Positions 58,430 to 64,000 of a stretch of 64,000 nt of DNA are shown here, piece by piece. A program made the translations under genes and the position numbers. Source of the stretch: Octopus sinensis (Eukaryota); the NCBI RefSeq assembly GCF_006345805.1, contig NC_043021.1:20336001-20400000 (forward strand), in the 5' to 3' direction. The notes under the pieces are model-generated. The model saw nothing but the letters and a program-made list of their open reading frames with translations. It made no database searches and was not told where the DNA came from. Position 1 is the stretch's first letter, and each line of letters opens with the position of its first letter.

Positions 58430-58620
58430 AGCAAAACAGAGCTAGGATATTACTGGTTATGATTATCATAGAACTAATTACTATTGCTCCACCTTTGTCA
58501 GCTTCTTTTATAATGATTGACTTGTCATTTTTCAGTTTTTGTAAGGCTTGTTTTTCTCCTCTGCGGAGATTCTGTTTGCATTTGTGTGTGTGGAGAGGGA
58601 ATTTGGATATTGTCTCTATG
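58430..58620 (-). mobile_element. Penelope-like retroelement fragment
   Basis: Minus strand translates to KQNLRRGEKQALQKLKNDKSIIIKEADKGGAIVI, the NL..E..AL..L....IIIK.ADKGG.IV motif that precedes the RT of Penelope-like elements. Confidence 0.7.
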
Positions 58621-61600
58621 AGCCAGCCCCGTCTGGCACCTGTGCGGGTGGCACGTAAAAAGCACCCACTACACTCATGGAGTGGTTGGCGTTAGGAAGG
58701 GCATCCAGCTGTAGAAACTCTGCCAGATCAGACTGGGCCTGATGCAGCCTTCTGGCTTCCCAGACCCCAGTTGAAACCATCCAACCCATGCCAGCATGGA
58801 AAGCGGACGCTAAATGATGATGATGATGAAGACCCACAATTCTGTCTAATGCTCAAAACGGCCCTGAAGCTATGGAAGTTAAAATCAGTGGACCACCAAC
58901 TAATCACACTGACGTGAGTTCAAACCTTACAGCAGTTTTGTAGTGAACTCCAAGATGTGACACAATTTGCAGTTGTGACTATCAAAAGACTTCTATCAAC
59001 GTGCAAAAAGACATCATTTATAAGACACTATATACTTCATACAGTAATTATTCATGTATAATACGCACTTTTGTCATGAAAATCCTGCTCCCAACTATGT
59101 GGTTCTGGTAGGTGGAAACTGAAAGAAGCCCATCATATATTTGTGTGTGTGTGTGTGTGTGTCTTTGTGTCTGTGTTTGCTCCCCACCATCATTTGACAA
59201 CCAGTGTTGGTATGTTTATGTTCCTATAACTTAGCGGTTTGGCGAAAAGGACTGATAGAATAAGTACCATGCTTACAAAAAAAAAAAAAGTACTGGGGGG
59301 TCGATTCATTTGACTAAAAATTCTTCAATATCGTGTGCTCCAGCATGGTCGCAGTCTATTGACAGAAACAAGTAAAAGAGAGAAAAAAAAAGAATGTGCA
59401 ACTTCCTCCATGTTCACTTCACAGTAGCAGCAGATGCATTTTTACAACCTACATTGCTAAAGGTCAAAGGTCACTTTCCAATTTCTTTTTTTCTTTTATT
59501 TAGGATACCTTTATTTAGGACTGTGGCCATGCTGGGGTACCACCTTGAAGGGTTTAGTGAAATAAATCAATCCCAGTAATTTTTTATAAGTCAGACTTAT
59601 TTTATTGATTTCTTTAGCTGAACTGCTAATTCATGGGAATGTGAACAAACCAACACTGAATGTCAAGCAGTGGTAGGAGCAATCACAAACAGACACACAC
59701 ACATCAGGCTTCTTTCAGTTTCCATCTACCAAATTCACTCATAAGGCTTTGGTTGGCCCAGGGCTATAGTAAAAGACACTGGCCAAAGCTGCCATAGAGG
59801 GGAACTGAACCTGGAACTATGTGGTTGAGAAGCAAACCTCTTACCGCAGAGCTATGCCTGCTCCTCCTTAACACACAACCTGTGCCATCTTACCACACTG
59901 CCATGCCTGCACCTATGTAAATTATTTTACGCAGCAACTGCAACAAATCTGGCTTAACACACCTTTTCCCAGCCATCTTAACCCTAAAGAAAAATCAGTG
60001 CATCTCTCTAATTTTCAGCAGTTTGCTATTTATTGAGTAGAAATCTTTTCCTGGTGACAAGTTTGAGGACACCAAATGTTATAAGAATAATAATTAATGT
60101 GCGAACAAAAAGTTGCTTAAAATAAATGCAGTAAGAATAATTACTAACTACTGCATTATTTTAAGCAACAACCTTTTGTGCACACATGTACAATCCAGAT
60201 GAAATGGTGCACAAGAGATGTTGTTCAGGGATTTTATTAGTTATAATTACAAGTGCACAGTTTGCTAAGGTGCAACCATGGCTGTATAAGAAGTCTGCTT
60301 CTCAACTACATCATTCCAGGTTCAGTCCCACTGCATTGCACTTTCGGCAAGTGTCTCAGAATGCAACTATTTGCAGTGGGGATAAGACTGAAACATCTGG
60401 CAAAATGCAGATCAATTCAACCCATTCCAATAGTAATAAAAATGATGATGATGATGTGATAATGCTACTTCATGGCTGAATGCTTAATGGCAGAACAGAC
60501 ATACGAAACTGAAAAGTAAATATTTGCTCCTCAAATTTCCAAACATTATTCTAACCATATCAGAATTTACAAAACACAATGTAAACTATCTCTTCATAAA
60601 TGTAATTATATTTTAATTATTAAAACTTTTTATCGTTGGTCTTTTACTTGTTTCAGTCATTTGGCTGTAGTCATACTGGGGCATTTGCCTTGAAGGAGTT
60701 TAGTTGAACAAATCAACTCCAGGACATTTTTTTTTAAAGTCTAGTACTTATTTTATCAGGCTCTTTTGCTGAACTGCTAAGTTATAGGAACATAGATATA
60801 GTAACAGATGTCAAGCAGTGGTAGGAGACAAACACAAAAACACTCATAAAGGGATATTATGTATGTATGTAAATATGATATTTATTTATTTATTTATCAT
60901 TATAATAATATATATTTATTATCATTACTAGCTTAAGTACCAGTCATTGCTCAGAAGTTTAAAGAATATTAACCCTTTAGTGTTCAGATTATTCTACAAA
61001 CATAATGCCTATTGATTCCCATTGATTTGAATTAATCATGCATTATCTCATATCTTCAAGATCTTGATGGTGTAATTACTTAATGTAGAATAACATTGTA
61101 GGGTAGGTGTGAGGGCCTGGATCTGGTTTGTTTGAAAATAAAACAGATTAAATATTTTGGCCGGATATGGCCAGTTTAAATACTAAAGGGTTAAAGGAAA
61201 TAAATATATTTATTCTGACAAAAAGGATATTTTTAGAAAAATTCTATCAGATGTCGTGAGTATAAACAAAGTTATTAAAACAAATCCTGAAATCACATGA
61301 AACAATAAAAGTGAAACTAGAGTGTTATGAAAAGTGAAACTATTATATCGCTGCAAAAAAAAAAAAAAAGGGCCCGTATAGTAGGGGCTATGAACAATTA
61401 TTTGAATAATTCATGTTGATATCTCTAACTTATGTCACGAGAATATTGAACTTTTCTTTTCCTTAAAACCTCCTGTTTCTTTATCACAATTAAAAAGCAT
61501 TTCAGAAGAAAGTGAAAAAACAAAACCAAAGTAATTTCCAGACAGCCAAATTTAGTACAGATTTATCCAGCGGTTTGGCCAGGCATAGATGAAATACACA

Positions 61601-62136
61601 CACACACAGCAAGAATAAAAGTGAAACCATAAAAGTGAAAGTATTATACTGCTGCAAAAAAAAAAAAAAAATCAAAAGGATCATATGAGGTGGGGGGCTA
61701 CAGCCACCTATTTAGGTAATGACCAAAATTTGATCCCCCTAGAACCTTCCCCAAGTAATGAAAAACCTCCATGCCAAATTTGGTACAGATTGATTCAGTG
61801 GTTTGGCTGTGCATAGAGGAAACACACAAACACAGGATTTTATATATATAGATTATCTATTATTAGTATTATTAGTATTAGTATTAATAAAGTGCAGGTG
61901 TGGCTATGTAGTAAGAAGATTGCTTCCCAACTACGTGGTTCTGAAATTTTTTTTTTCAGTATAATTGAAGCACAGGTGTGATTGTAATGAGTAAGAAGCT
62001 TGCTTCTGTTTCTTAATCATGTGGTCACAGGTTCAGTCCTACTGCACAGCACCTTGGGCAAATGTCTTCTACTCTGCCCCAGGAGTGACCAAAGCCTTGT
62101 GTGGATTTGATACACAGAAACTGTGTTGAAGCTTGT

Positions 62137-62167
<31 letters not shown>

Positions 62168-62902
62168 TTGTTACAAGTCATGAAAGCACTATCAGTTCAG
62201 AACAGCATTCTGTATATCTTACTTAATGTGGATATACTATAGAAAGCCAGAGAATATTGCAGTGTTGTGGCTTTCAACAGCATATCCACATTACAAAAGA
62301 TATACAGAATGCTACATATGTATGAATAGGAGTGCATGCACACGTATATACACTTGTTCTGACATCGTAGAATGGTTGTAAATGAGAATCACCATCACAC
62401 AAGTGATGTTCTTCAATTCCAGTCTTCCAAGGAAAAACATGTCTGGCCATGGGGAAATATTACTTTGTTTAGATGGTTGAGGGTTAGCAACAGGAAAGGC
62501 ATCTGGCTGCAGAAACTCAATAAATTCCATCTAACACATGCAAGCATAGAAAAGTGGATGTGAAACAATGATGATGAATCAAGATCTGGTAAAATATCTG
62601 CAGGCTTATATAGACATATCGAGTTCAAATTTTGGCACAAGGCCAGCAATTTTGAGGAGGGTGACTAGTCGATTACATTGACCCCCAGTGCTTAACTGGT
62701 ACTTATTTTATTGATTCTGAAAGGATGAAAGGCAAATTCAACCATGGCAGAATTTTAACTCAGAACGTAAAGAGGGATAAAGTGCCACTAAGCATTTTGC
62801 CAAGTGTGCCAAGAATTCTGCCTGCTTGCCGCCTTTATATATTGACATATCAACCAACTGAAGTCTCACAATTTCATTCCTATTATAAAGAAATATTTTC
62901 AA

Positions 62903-63310
62903 CAGGCGCAGGAGTGGCTGTGTGGTAAGTAGCTTGCTACCCAACCACATGGTTCCGGGTTCAGTCCCACTGCGTGGCATCTTGGGCAAGTGTCTTCTGC
63001 TATAGCCCCGGGCCGATCAATGCCTTGTGAGTGGATTTGGTAGACGGAAACTGAAAGAAGCCTGTCGTATATATGTATATATATGCATGTGTGTATTTGT
63101 GTGTGTGTGTTTGTACCCCTAGCATTGCTTGACAACCGATGCTGGTGTGTTTTTACGTCCCCGTTACTTAGCGGTTCGGCAAAAGAGACTGATAGAATAA
63201 GTACTGGGCTTACAAAGAATAAGTCCCGGGGTCGATTTGCTCGACTAAAGGCGGTGCTCCAGCATGGCCGCAGTCAAATGACTGAAACAAGTAAAAGAGT
63301 AAAAGAGTAA
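62903..63310 (+). mobile_element. tRNA-derived SINE family A (GGCGCAGGAGTGGCTGTGTGG head, internal TA/TG microsatellite, (GAGTAAAA)n tail), full-length example. Other copies at about 1862-2775 (split), 17405-17810, 22185-22590, 23648-24030, 32768-33165, 37388-37795, 39118-39455, 44755-45070, 50150-50525, 55670-56050, 59510-59850 and 63765-64000
   Basis: Box A/B-like head (TGGTAAG..., GGTTCAGTCCC); more than 10 similar dispersed copies in both orientations. Confidence 0.88.
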
Positions 63311-64000
63311 GAGTTATAATGTTTTGACTTAAATAAATTAGCTATTTCAGACAGGTTTGTGATATAAGGACTGATGTAGCTTTACTTCAAGAAATTATAT
63401 AAACGTTCTGACCAGGTTTGAAATAATGATTTATGAGTTATGAGTTTAAACTAATGGTTTATAATCAAGAGGTTACATATGGCAAGTATCATAAATGTTT
63501 GGGTAGATTGTGGTGTGGGTCAATAGTTCATCGCAATAAAGTGATAGTCTTCCATCATAGTTAAAAATACTTCAGTTTACTCATGTTACATCATCATATT
63601 ATTTAAATTTCTATTCTTTAGAAACCTTACAACTTTTATCATTACATTTCTTGTTAACAAACAATTTTACTTATAGTGTTAATAGGCGCAAGGTCCAAGC
63701 AAGTAATCTAGTATGTGAGAAAGAGATAGACAGACAGACAGAGACAGAAGAATAAAATCAATATATAGGCACAGGAGTGGCTATATAGGCGCAGGAGTGG
63801 CCATATAGGTGCAGGAGTGGCTGTGTGGTAAGTAGCTTGCTAACCAACCACATGGTTCCGGGTTCAGTCCCACTGCGTGGCATCTTGGGCAAGTGTCTTC
63901 TGCTATAGCCCCGGGCCGACCAATGCCTTGTGAGTGGATTTGGTCGACGGAAACTGAAAGAAGCCTGTCGTATATATGTATATATATATATATATATATA

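Noticed and set aside
2163-58837. Many similar ORFs ([11 protein letters not shown]..., [12 protein letters not shown]..., MFIERK..., [20 protein letters not shown])
   Set aside because: Recurrent translations of SINE and family-D repeats, not a gene family.
49912-64000. Search for the unk ZnF1-2 exon (YLKEFRTEQC...)
   Set aside because: Not found on reading the minus strand; presumably beyond the window, making this intron over 14 kb. A miss by eye cannot be excluded.

Overview
This is AT-rich, repeat-dense animal genomic DNA. The SINE/LINE/MITE complement and microsatellite style look like an octopus (coleoid cephalopod) genome, which is pattern recognition rather than a database match. 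The whole window lies inside one minus-strand gene, an unkempt (UNK/UNKL) CCCH zinc-finger RNA-binding protein. I could read 11 consecutive coding exons by hand (49911 down to 3446; 1741 nt; all GT-AG, with phases that join without stops). They cover the end of ZnF2, ZnF3-6, the S/P-rich disordered region with a PAM2-like motif, and the start of the coiled coil. The N-terminal exons lie beyond 64000, and I found no C-terminal coiled-coil/RING exons below 3446. The introns contain one intact-looking tRNA-His(GUG) gene and dozens of mobile elements: three tRNA-derived SINE families, an RTE-tailed repeat with an internal minisatellite, RTE, CR1/L2 and Penelope-like fragments, two mariner relics, a piggyBac deletion derivative with its MITEs, Merlin-like foldback MITEs and Helitron-like pieces. 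Most ORFs in the supplied track are repeat artefacts. I see no new enzymatic system. The most notable observations are a tRNA-His fused to a LINE 3' tail (SINE-like architecture), an apparently duplicated exon motif in Unkempt, a templated intron-to-intron copy with a target-site duplication (TSD), a ~170-bp direct repeat flanking a SINE, and long foldback hairpins close to exons.
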